This document shows positions 49,669-57,912 of a stretch of DNA of 64,000 bases, in pieces. Position 1 is the first letter of the stretch; each line of letters begins with the position of its first letter. Both the position numbers and the translations under genes were made by a program. This DNA is from Candidatus Cloacimonadales bacterium (lineage in GTDB: Bacteria > Cloacimonadota > Cloacimonadia > Cloacimonadales > JAIOQZ01): the NCBI GenBank assembly GCA_963674825.1, contig OY771587.1, positions 3,543,812 through 3,607,811 of the forward strand, given 5' to 3'. The notes beneath the pieces are model-generated. The model saw only the letters and a program-made list of their open reading frames with translations, made no database searches and was not told the origin of the DNA.

Positions 49669-51276
49669 CTATTTCAGTAGCGTCACCTTCCTTGTGCTTA
49701 GCTGCTTGCCCTCTGCGGTAAGCTTACAGGTATAGATTCCGCTCGCTTTGTCTTTGGGTTTCCAGGTCACGGCTTCACCGGCATGATCGACCGCAATCGT
49801 TTCCACCTTTTGCCCTCGTATGTTATAGATTTCTATTGTTAAATCATGATATTCGGTATCCGTCTTGATCTCAAACGACACCTCCGGATTGAACGGGTTG
49901 GGGTAGGCGTTGAAGGTGATATCCGCAGGCGAAACGGTCTCGTCGTCGGCATCATTCGTGTCTTGTTCAACAAGATCCTCATGGCCGCCGTAAACGTACA
50001 CATAGCCCCAGTTCCAGTCTGATGTTCCGCCGTCACCGTAAGCTCCTACTGCGATGTCATTGAAACCGTCGTTGTTGAAGTCGCCTATGGCACGTCCCGC
50101 GCCATAGCCATCTTCGTATGTTGAACTACTGAAATCTTTGGTTCCATTCTGATCGCCAAGATATACATAAAGGTACCCCAAATTCCCAGATGCAAAAGTA
50201 AAGGAATTCACCAAATCACCGTGACCATCGTTATTTAGATCGCCATATACCGGAACGAAGATTGAGTAATATTCCACATGACCGTACCAATCCCAGTGAA
50301 TGGTTTCGCTACCACGCCACAGGCGGCACCCGGGAGACGTACTTCCATCCTCTGGAACGTCGTAACCTGAAAGAACAAAATCGTCGTAGCCATCGCCATC
50401 CCAATCACCTGCCGGATACAGTTCATACCATAAATTGACAGGAGACAAAATATTCAACCTATAGTCGGGAATCGTATCCTGGACAGTGCTACCTAAAAAA
50501 AAACAATTATGAAAACTGGCACGCAATGTGTTATCAGGCATGACAACGTTGTCAGTCTGGTAATAATAGTTGAAGTCGTCATACCCATCCCCATTTACAT
50601 CACCCAAGCCACGGAAGCCTTTGCCGTTAAGTGTATAAATCCCATCCACAAATGTCACCTTCTCGAAGCTGCCGCCATACACGATGGAATAGGTAAGAAT
50701 GTTGTTGCGAAACTCTGTTATTCCCGCGTCGTCGTAGCCGTCACCGTTGATGTCGCCGAGGGGATTGATCTCACTTTCTGAGTAATTCACTTCGAATTCG
50801 TAATCGGGAATGGTGTCGTTAACTGTATTCCCGCAAAGAATACGACAACAATAATAAGAAACAGAAGGGCGTCCATCATAGAATATTTTCTCACGGAAGA
50901 AATATCCAATGTCATCACACCCATCATTATTCATATCGCCCAAGTTACGAATTTTCATCCATGAGTATTGCCAATCAAGCAAGGTATCTACAACAGCGGA
51001 AACATGTAAGTTTGGTTCGTTAGGTAAGCCATTATCTGAACCATAATATATATAAAACTTGCCATGTTGGTTCGGGTAGCTAGTGTCGTTACGATACATC
51101 CAGGCACTTACTGCTAAATCGTCAATTCCATCACCGTTGAAATCAAGCGATTCAACATAATAACCGAAGCAATCACTTGGTTGCTCGCCTTGCATCTGCC
51201 AGACAACATCGAGCTGGTTTTCAGCGTATATCAGTACGCTCATGGCTAGTAAAATCAATATATGTAGGTAACGCAT
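49669..51276 (-). CDS. Secreted FG-GAP propeller protein with C-terminal sorting-type domain, paralog 3 (most divergent core)
   Basis: Same architecture. ATG at 51276 is preceded by GGAGGG. Confidence 0.85.
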   Translation of the reverse strand: MRYLHILILLAMSVLIYAENQLDVVWQMQGEQPSDCFGYYVESLDFNGDGIDDLAVSAWMYRNDTSYPNQHGKFYIYYGSDNGLPNEPNLHVSAVVDTLLDWQYSWMKIRNLGDMNNDGCDDIGYFFREKIFYDGRPSVSYYCCRILCGNTVNDTIPDYEFEVNYSESEINPLGDINGDGYDDAGITEFRNNILTYSIVYGGSFEKVTFVDGIYTLNGKGFRGLGDVNGDGYDDFNYYYQTDNVVMPDNTLRASFHNCFFLGSTVQDTIPDYRLNILSPVNLWYELYPAGDWDGDGYDDFVLSGYDVPEDGSTSPGCRLWRGSETIHWDWYGHVEYYSIFVPVYGDLNNDGHGDLVNSFTFASGNLGYLYVYLGDQNGTKDFSSSTYEDGYGAGRAIGDFNNDGFNDIAVGAYGDGGTSDWNWGYVYVYGGHEDLVEQDTNDADDETVSPADITFNAYPNPFNPEVSFEIKTDTEYHDLTIEIYNIRGQKVETIAVDHAGEAVTWKPKDKASGIYTCKLTAEGKQLSTRKVTLLK

Positions 51277-51324
51277 GGTTGCCCTCCATTCTGTGCTGCT
51301 GTTGTGTCTTCTCAACCCTACGCA

Positions 51325-51354
51325 ATTTTATGCACATTTTATTCCAATTTTCAA
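51325..51354 (-). promoter_or_regulatory. Internal promoter candidate upstream of paralog 3
   Basis: The minus strand reads TTGAAA-N18-TAAAAT. The equivalent positions upstream of paralogs 1 and 2 have a weaker -10 (TTTTAA). Confidence 0.3.
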
Positions 51355-51357
51355 GCG

Positions 51358-52950
51358 CTATTTCAATAGCGTCACCTTTCTTGTGCTTAGCTGCTTGCCC
51401 TCTGCGGTTAGCTTGCAAGTATAGATCCCACTCGCTTTGTCTTTGGGTTTCCAGGTCACGGCTTCACCGGCATGATCGACCGCAATCGTTTCCACCTTTT
51501 GCCCTCGTATATTATAGATTTCTATTGTTAAATCATGGTATTCGGCGTCCGTCTTGACCTCGAACGACACTTCCGGATTGAACGGGTTGGGGTAGGCGTT
51601 GAAGGTGATATCCGCCAGCGGTACGGTCTCGTCGTCGGCATCATTCGTGTCTTGCTCCACCAAATCTTCGTGACCTCCATAGACAAACACATGACCAAAA
51701 TTATTAGGCGAGGAACTGCCTTCATCGCCATAGGCTCCCACCGCAATATCGTCACAGCCGTCGTTATCGAAATCGCCAACAGCGTGGGTATAATACCCGC
51801 CATAGCCTTCTTCCGGGGTATAACCATTATAATCCCAAGTGCCGTTCTGGTCGCCTATATAGAAATATAGGTATCCCGCATTGCCCGTAGAGATAATATA
51901 AGAATTAATCAGATCTCCTTTACCGTCGCCATTAATGTCGCCGTGGGATGGAAAGAATCTTCCGTAATATTCAATATAACCAAACCAGTCCCAATGAATG
52001 GTTTCTCCTCCGCGCCACAAGCGGCAACCAGGGGAAGGATTGCCATTTTCTCCTGCTTCAAAATAGCTATAGAAAGCGAAATCATCATATCCGTCCCCAT
52101 TCCAATCTCCCGCTGGAACGAGCATAAGATTATATCCCGCAGTCGATTCATTTACCATATGGTAATCAGCTACCGTATCTTGTGTTGCCGCTCCATAGAA
52201 AAAACAATTATGAAATGTGCTGTGCTCATCATATGGATCTTCATAGTTATACATGAAATCATCAAAACCATCTCCATTCACATCACCTAAGCCCCAAAAA
52301 CCTTTACTTCCTCGTGTATATCTACCTTCCACAAACCTCACCTTCTCGAAGCTGCCGCCATACACGATGGAGTAGGTAAGAGAATAATTGCCTTCGGTTA
52401 TTCCCGCATCATCGTATCCGTCGCCATTGATATCGCCCAGCGGATGAATTTCGGCGTATGTATCACTGATTTCATATTCGTAGTCAGGGATCGTATCGTT
52501 GACGGTGTTGCCGAGAAGGATACGCATCTGTCGATATGTGTGATAAAGACCGTCAAAGGTAACTTCGATATAATTGTAACCAATATCGTCACACCCATCA
52601 TTGTTCATGTCGCCAAGATTACTGATATACTCAGATGCAATGATGTGATGAAATGCGGTGTCCGCCGGTGCTGATATTGACAAATCAGGTGTCTCTGGCA
52701 AACCCGTATCTGATCCGAAATAAATATAGAGTTTTCCCCTATGTAGAACATGATCAGGATCATTATAATATTTCCTTGCATTTACAGCCAAATCATCAAT
52801 GCCATCACCATTGAAGTCAAGGGCAATTACCATTTTTCCAAATTCATCACTAGATATTTCACCCTGCATTTGCCATACAATATCGAGCTGGTTTTCGGCG
52901 TATAGCAGTATACCGCTACTGAGTAGAATCAATATATAAAGGTATCGCAT
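51358..52950 (-). CDS. Secreted FG-GAP propeller protein with C-terminal sorting-type domain, paralog 4 (first in transcription order)
   Basis: Same architecture with a distinct signal peptide (MRYLYILILLSSGILLYA). Starts 7 nt after the stop of the upstream glycosyltransferase-like gene. Confidence 0.85.
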   Translation of the reverse strand: MRYLYILILLSSGILLYAENQLDIVWQMQGEISSDEFGKMVIALDFNGDGIDDLAVNARKYYNDPDHVLHRGKLYIYFGSDTGLPETPDLSISAPADTAFHHIIASEYISNLGDMNNDGCDDIGYNYIEVTFDGLYHTYRQMRILLGNTVNDTIPDYEYEISDTYAEIHPLGDINGDGYDDAGITEGNYSLTYSIVYGGSFEKVRFVEGRYTRGSKGFWGLGDVNGDGFDDFMYNYEDPYDEHSTFHNCFFYGAATQDTVADYHMVNESTAGYNLMLVPAGDWNGDGYDDFAFYSYFEAGENGNPSPGCRLWRGGETIHWDWFGYIEYYGRFFPSHGDINGDGKGDLINSYIISTGNAGYLYFYIGDQNGTWDYNGYTPEEGYGGYYTHAVGDFDNDGCDDIAVGAYGDEGSSSPNNFGHVFVYGGHEDLVEQDTNDADDETVPLADITFNAYPNPFNPEVSFEVKTDAEYHDLTIEIYNIRGQKVETIAVDHAGEAVTWKPKDKASGIYTCKLTAEGKQLSTRKVTLLK

Positions 52951-52957
52951 GGTTGGA

Positions 52958-54688
52958 CTACCAATATCGCTTTCGCATGATGTCGATCATCTTGGTCAGG
53001 CGGTGGCGATAGGTCTCGTTTTGAGTGATGCGACGATAGGCATTTTGCGCGTATTTTTCACGTATGTCGTCATGTTCGAGATAGAACCGCACCAGATCGG
53101 GAATTTCCTCCACATCGTTAAAGAAGACCACTTCTTCCCCATGCGTGTCGAAGATCTCTTCAAGCTGCTGTTTGTAGTCTGTCAGCAGGAATTTCCCGCA
53201 CGCCGGGACGTCAAACACGCGCTGATTGACGGCGTTCTTCATCTGTCGGCTGGTCATGTTGAAATTGATGCGACTGGTATTGTAAACCTCGGGCAGATTG
53301 TCGTAATACATCACTTCGCGTTCGATGCGGTAGCGGCTGTCCAGCAGGCTATCCCAGTTCGGATCGCCAAAGATGGTCGGATAGAAATTCGCGAGCTTCT
53401 GCACACCGCTCATGCGGTAGATTTGCGTGGCACGCCACAGCACGGCTGCCTCGAAATCGAGTTGCTGCTCCAGGCTGTCAAAACGAAGCTCCGTGCCAGC
53501 TTCGCGGACGTTTTCGATCGTCTGCCGAACGTAGCGACTGTTCAGCTTGAGAAATTCCTCCGCGACCGTGTCTAGATGGTAGAGCAAGTCGCGTCGGAAA
53601 ACCATGCTGCGCAGGTTCTTGTGCGTGCTGTAAACCATGCTGCTGCCCACGAAGGAGACGTCGCAGCGATAGGGTAATCCCATGGGCTTGAAGAGCTCCG
53701 GCATCGTGGCTAAAGGAAGGTAATCGACATACGGGTAACCAGCGTCGAGGACATCCTGGATGTAGTCACGATCCCAGACGAATATGTTGCAGAAATCGCT
53801 GATGTTGGTGCCTTTCCCGCTCAGGACGACAGTTGGGCTATCGACGTACCATGAGATATAAGGGATCTCGAGTTCACTGAGTAGTTCCGTCATGCGGCCT
53901 TCCTGATCGAAACCGAGATGGTTGATGGTGAGTACGAAATCGGGATGGAACTGGGCGATGAGGGTCAGAAAATTGCGCACGAACTCGTCGTACTGGTAGT
54001 TTTCCTTGTCGATGTGGATGTACTGTACGTCGTGACCGAGCTGCTGAAGCGCTGTAAGACACTCCTTTGTCAGCACATAGCCGCTATCGATGTAGATTAC
54101 CTTAACCTTGCGTGGGTCGCTGAACTTCGGGTACTTCCACTTGTCGCTAAGCTCGAACACGGGCCGCCCATCAAGTCGTCTTCGTAGGGCGTCGAAATAG
54201 CGCGGCATCAGCCGGGTGCGTTGCTTGAGCTCTGCAATACAGAAACTCCCGGCATCACCCATGAGTGCGGGGATTTCGAAATCCTCGTAGCCGATAATGA
54301 AGGTCACGTCTCCGGGTAAATCTCCCAGTTCGATGTTGTGCATGGCGAGATTGAAGAGGTGTTTATCCGGCTCTATCACAGTGATGCGCTTGCCAGGAAA
54401 ACGCTCCGAAAGCGGTTTCAAGCCGTAGCCAAGTCCCATTCCGAAGCAAACTATGAGGTTTTTATCACTGCGTACACTTTCCGCCCAGCGATCGGCCTCG
54501 CGCATCGGGTAATAACTACTGTGGATCGTCACTTTCTCACCGTCGGCTTCCAGCAGAAGGCCTGGAGCTTCCTCTTTGCTTTCAACCAGCGTGAACTCCT
54601 GCGTAAAACGGCAATGGCCCGGCTTAATGTGTATATTCTCGCGACCTGTGATGATCTCGTGATTGCGCTCAAATCGACTCATAGTCAA
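52958..54688 (-). CDS. Maf-like (DUF115-type) N-terminal region fused to a CgeB-like/DUF3880 glycosyltransferase-type C-terminal region
   Basis: N-terminus LIVCFGMGLGYGLKPL...ITVIEPDKHLF resembles Maf proteins. C-terminus RINFNMTSRQMKNAVNQRVFDVPACGKFLLTDY...DIREKYAQNAYRRI resembles the CgeB family. Confidence 0.55.
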   Translation of the reverse strand: MTMSRFERNHEIITGRENIHIKPGHCRFTQEFTLVESKEEAPGLLLEADGEKVTIHSSYYPMREADRWAESVRSDKNLIVCFGMGLGYGLKPLSERFPGKRITVIEPDKHLFNLAMHNIELGDLPGDVTFIIGYEDFEIPALMGDAGSFCIAELKQRTRLMPRYFDALRRRLDGRPVFELSDKWKYPKFSDPRKVKVIYIDSGYVLTKECLTALQQLGHDVQYIHIDKENYQYDEFVRNFLTLIAQFHPDFVLTINHLGFDQEGRMTELLSELEIPYISWYVDSPTVVLSGKGTNISDFCNIFVWDRDYIQDVLDAGYPYVDYLPLATMPELFKPMGLPYRCDVSFVGSSMVYSTHKNLRSMVFRRDLLYHLDTVAEEFLKLNSRYVRQTIENVREAGTELRFDSLEQQLDFEAAVLWRATQIYRMSGVQKLANFYPTIFGDPNWDSLLDSRYRIEREVMYYDNLPEVYNTSRINFNMTSRQMKNAVNQRVFDVPACGKFLLTDYKQQLEEIFDTHGEEVVFFNDVEEIPDLVRFYLEHDDIREKYAQNAYRRITQNETYRHRLTKMIDIMRKRYW

Positions 54689-54880
54689 TATTCCTCCCGT
54701 GGGATCAAGTGGCTTATTTACTGCCCTATGGCTCTGTTACCACGATCATCGTCAGAGCCCGACGCGTGTCAAGAACCAAATCGGGAAGCGGTTCCTAAAA
54801 GCGGCTTCGGGCCTTTTCCTACAGCCGCGATGAAGCTTTTCTTGACACGGAAAGCCGGAAAATTTTCATGGAGAAGGTTG

Positions 54881-54957
54881 GCCCCCGTAGCTCAGGTGGA
54901 TAGAGCAGTTCCCTCCTAAGGAAAAGGTCGCACGTTCGAGTCGTGCCGGGGGCGCCA
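54881..54957 (+). tRNA. tRNA-Arg (anticodon CCT), CCA encoded
   Basis: Hand-folded cloverleaf. Acceptor GCCCCCG/CGGGGGC, D-stem GCTC/GAGC, anticodon loop CTCCTAA, T-arm GCACG-TTCGAGT-CGTGC, discriminator G, CCA. Confidence 0.9.
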
Positions 54958-55021
54958 CTTAAAATGCTGATTTTTCCCTTATATACAATAACTTACGCAC
55001 CAACGCACATTCCATGCTTTT

Positions 55022-55146
55022 TATAAAGTGTCAGGCAAATTTCCAAAAAGTTGCAAGTAGTTTTCCAAATTGAAGAAAGGCAACCCGTCGAAATGAATTG
55101 CCTTATTATCGTAGTGTATTGTTTATCAGTTAGTTAGCGCTGTGTT
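55022..55146 (+). repeat. Island repeat unit A (TATAAAGTGTCAGGCAAAT box, GTTGCAAGTAGTTTTCCAAAT box, hairpin, TTTATCAGTTAGTTAG box)
   Basis: 55050-55146 matches 55430-55526 at roughly 85% by eye over 97 nt. Confidence 0.85.
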
Positions 55147-55288
55147 AGCAAAATCCATTATATCATTGACTGATTGCTATCCTCTCTGGGTATTATTGGG
55201 AGGAATAGAAAAAAGCCGCGAAGATCTTCAATGTCTGATTTCTCGAAACAAGGTGCGATATGAAAAAACCATGTGTTATCTATGCCAG

Positions 55289-55357
55289 TATAAAGTGTCA
55301 GGCGAATTATAAAGTGTCAGGCAAATTTCTAAATTGTTGCAAGTAGTTTTCCAAACG
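55289..55357 (+). repeat. Island repeat unit B (two tandem TATAAAGTGTCAGGC boxes plus a GTTGCAAGTAGTTTTCCAAA box; truncated)
   Basis: Direct matches to the 5' part of unit A. Confidence 0.85.
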
Positions 55358-55426
55358 GCATCAGCGCCAAGGCGGCGCAATAAGCAATTCAGGCTCGTAT
55401 CCAGCATCATATCAGTAAGATAATAC

Positions 55427-55549
55427 CGTGTTGCAAGAAGTTTTCCAAATTTAAGAAAGGCGACCCATCGAAATGAACCGCCTTTTGATTGTAATGTCTT
55501 GTTTATCAGTTAGTTAGTGCTGTGTTGCAAGTGGTTTTCCAAATTCAGG
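55427..55549 (+). repeat. Island repeat unit C plus the start of a fourth GTTGCAAG-N2-GTTTTCCAAAT box at 55524
   Basis: Matches unit A. The hairpin AAGGCGA...CCGCCTT carries one compensatory change relative to unit A (AAGGCAA...TTGCCTT). Confidence 0.85.
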
Positions 55550-55588
55550 TTTGATTTTGATGATCTCATTTCCATAACTCCATTATAT

Positions 55589-55804
55589 TCAGTCGGTTGG
55601 GTGTGGATTGCACGAGTTTTCTAAATCATCAGGGATGATGAGCGATTCGGCTTGGATCTTCGTCTGGATCTCTTCGAACGTATCGGCTTCAAAAGCCGGG
55701 TTATTGGTTGTTGTTATTGTTCCTGCAGGAAACTCATCACAACAACGAATTACCTGCGTTTTAGCATCCCATATGAGTCTGTATGTCTTTGTTAGTTGCA
55801 CCAC
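55589..55804 (-). CDS. Hypothetical 71-aa protein
   Basis: ORF starting 9 nt after the LRR ORF stop. No family recognised. Confidence 0.35.
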   Translation of the reverse strand: MVQLTKTYRLIWDAKTQVIRCCDEFPAGTITTTNNPAFEADTFEEIQTKIQAESLIIPDDLENSCNPHPTD

Positions 55805-55813
55805 AATAACCTC

Positions 55814-56431
55814 CTACGAATCCAACGTGATATCCCAACTGCGAGCGATCAGCGTATTATAAGCTGCCTGTCCGCTTGCATCGAGATCGGCATAAGTCGT
55901 GCCACATTCGCCATAGTTCAGAGATCCACTGCTGTTACCGATTGCCTCTACATCCACAAGCATCTGCGAGATCTCGTGCGTGCTCAAGCCCGTCAGGCCC
56001 CTGAAATTGGCTTCAAGCACAACCCACGAAAGCGTTGCCGCTGTATAGGTATCGACCTGCGAACCATCCAGACGCAACAGATCCAGCGCTCTCCCGGCAA
56101 GAACAGCGATGTCGCCGTCAATCAGCGTGTTTGAGCAGGAGAAACGAATCAGGTCAGTTAATCCTCCGAGGTCGCTCAATGAGCCCGTCAGAAGCGTATT
56201 TGTGCTTATATCGACGATCTGAAGATCGACCTTATCCGAGAGCACAAAGAGATCCCCGGTGAGGGCGGTCGGATTGTTCTGCTTGGCATAGAAGATCTTG
56301 AGTTGTGTAAGGGGAGCCAGGCCGACCGATAGGTCACCGAATGCCGCCGAAAGATGGATGTACAGATTGACGACTGATACCAGGTGCCGAAGCGTTTCGA
56401 CCCGGACACCCACCCAGCTTTGATTGTACAA
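55814..56431 (-). CDS. Leucine-rich-repeat (LRR) ORF with no credible start; possibly the C-terminal remnant of the degraded SIR2 gene upstream
   Basis: ~23-aa periodic L..L..L.L...N.L.G pattern (LTQLKIFYAKQNNPTALTGD / LQIVDISTNTLLTGS / LTDLIRFSCSNTLIDGD). The frame is open upstream to 56506 with no ATG. Only a TTG with no RBS is available. Confidence 0.4.
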   Translation of the reverse strand: MYNQSWVGVRVETLRHLVSVVNLYIHLSAAFGDLSVGLAPLTQLKIFYAKQNNPTALTGDLFVLSDKVDLQIVDISTNTLLTGSLSDLGGLTDLIRFSCSNTLIDGDIAVLAGRALDLLRLDGSQVDTYTAATLSWVVLEANFRGLTGLSTHEISQMLVDVEAIGNSSGSLNYGECGTTYADLDASGQAAYNTLIARSWDITLDS

Positions 56432-56451
56432 GTAGAAGCGCTCGATCTGGT

Positions 56452-56763
56452 TCAGAGCTCTTGTAATCCTGATATATTTATCTCGAACAGAGCAAACAGA
56501 CAGCGTTCATAGTATATCCGAGCCTGATGTAATGGCAGCAATTTACTCCATCCCTGAATAAAACCTTTGTTCACAACATCCCATTCTTTGTGCAATCCAT
56601 CTTCTCTATAGAAGCGTAAAAGATGAAGTCCAAGCTCAATACTCATTTGTCGCACTTCTTTGCTAACTCTTGCATCGGAGATATACATCCACTTGTATTT
56701 TTTCCATGTACTTGCGAAAAAATCTATCTGTTCATTGTAGATTGGGCAAAGGCTCTTATCCAT
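56452..56763 (-). CDS. 103-aa ORF in the same frame as the SIR2 ORF; probably part of the same degraded gene
   Basis: The distance from 57759 to 56763 is 996 nt (332 codons). Only TGA (56857-56859) and TAA (56773-56775) interrupt the frame. GGAGG abuts the ATG with no spacer. Confidence 0.35.
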   Translation of the reverse strand: MDKSLCPIYNEQIDFFASTWKKYKWMYISDARVSKEVRQMSIELGLHLLRFYREDGLHKEWDVVNKGFIQGWSKLLPLHQARIYYERCLFALFEINISGLQEL

Positions 56764-56856
56764 CCTCCATAATTATTCAAATGCCCAGTTTAAATCGATT
56801 CTACTGCTATTGTCAGCAATATTCCCATGAAACTGACACCATTCTTCTGTGAACAT

Positions 56857-57895
56857 TCAGATCTTTTTCCGCACTTCTTCAGGGGCGATAACCCATCCTG
56901 GATATGATTCGCGTTGAACTTTCCAAGCTTTCAGAGTGGTTTCAATTTGCTTTTCCTTGTCAGCATCTTTACCATGCTTTGGAGATAAGGGAGAAGAAGT
57001 CGTTGGCCAGTTAAGAGCTGCCTGAGAGTTATCTTTGGACTTCAGATATTCTAAAAACCTCATCAATCCCTTATAATGTTCATCCTCTCGAATATCGTTG
57101 CAATCAGCCATGTTGATTACGACAATATTCCGTGCCTCAAGAAGCTTTTGTTGAGCTATGGACAAATTAATAACACCAACCAGGAAGATCTTGGGGGAAT
57201 AATCTCTACCTAAATTGTCTCGTATCCAGCCAATCCAACTAAGAAAATTGGGATCATCCCCAGAGAAACCAATAAGACACAACGTATTTTCCAGCAAAGA
57301 CTGTTGAACCATATTGACGAACGGGGCATTCTCTTTGGGGTATATCCGGTAGTCTTCTTCCGTGATCACAAAGGGTCTGATTGACGGAAAACTACCATGT
57401 AATTTCACGATACGAGGTTGCGAGGAATGTGTAATATCCTCCTTTGTTTTCACGATATCGTATCTGCGATCAAATACCTTCGCTGTTGCTCTTTCAAGCA
57501 AAGTGTCATAATTCGTAGTAAACACATCAGACCAGGGTAAATTCAATAGCTCCGTATGCAATTCAGATGGCTCGTATTCTTTATCTGAAATCGCATCCTG
57601 TAGTAATTGATCGAGCGTTGGCCTCCCAAATGCAGCTTGAACTTCCTCAGCTAATTTCAGCACATTCAGATACTTGACTTGCTTCCCTGGATGATTCCTA
57701 TAGACCTTCTCGTAAAATATATCCCCCAATTCTGCCCAATCGGGAAAGTTATTGCACATCTCGCTATTGGGTTGTCCGTTTTTTACTAAAGCCAGATCCT
57801 ACCATTACAGCTGCATGCTCTGACCAAAGTCTTTCAGCAATCTCATCGAGATAAGGGCGTATATTATCGGCTACTTGTACATTTTGCTCATCCAT
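56857..57895 (-). pseudogene. SIR2-family (SIR2_2-type) NAD-dependent domain gene disrupted by a frameshift in an A6 homopolymer
   Basis: From ATG 57895 (RBS GGAG): MDEQNVQVADNIRPYLDEIAERLWSEHAAVMVGSGFSKK, then the frame is lost at the T6 run 57779-57784. One base fewer gives SKNGQPNSEMCNNFPDWAELG and joins the 300-aa ORF with TTNYDTLLE, KLHGS and GFSGDDPNF. Confidence 0.75.
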
Positions 57896-57912
57896 GAAGG
57901 GACTCCAGGAAG

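Larger units (their letters stand above)
46289..52950 (-). repeat. Tandem array of four ~1.69-kb gene-plus-leader units (stop codons at 46289, 47979, 49669, 51358)
   Basis: The period is 1690, 1690 and 1689 nt. Intergenic leaders and C-terminal-domain coding ends are near-identical between units. Confidence 0.95.

Noticed and set aside
46289-52950. Diversity-generating retroelement, invertase switch or IS-mediated structure for the FG-GAP array
   Set aside because: No reverse transcriptase, template repeat with adenine-specific mismatches, recombinase, transposase or inverted-repeat pair is visible. Differences between copies are block-wise, not A-site-specific.
55260-55346. 28-aa Cys-containing mini-ORF (MKKPCVIYASIKCQANYKVSGKFLNCCK) running through the repeat boxes
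   Set aside because: It is too short to support. Other repeat copies do not keep an open frame with a start codon, so the repeats are more likely non-coding.
55022-55549. Possible CRISPR array
   Set aside because: The repeat units differ in length and composition, spacing is irregular (19 to ~280 nt), the units are modular rather than repeat-spacer, and no cas genes are present.
56773-56859. Programmed read-through, selenocysteine or stop-codon reassignment to explain the in-frame TGA and TAA in the SIR2 frame
   Set aside because: Two different stop codons are involved. Both TGA and TAA clearly terminate well-conserved genes elsewhere in the window (ligA ends in TGA, adk in TAA). The gene also carries a frameshift, so decay is the simpler explanation.
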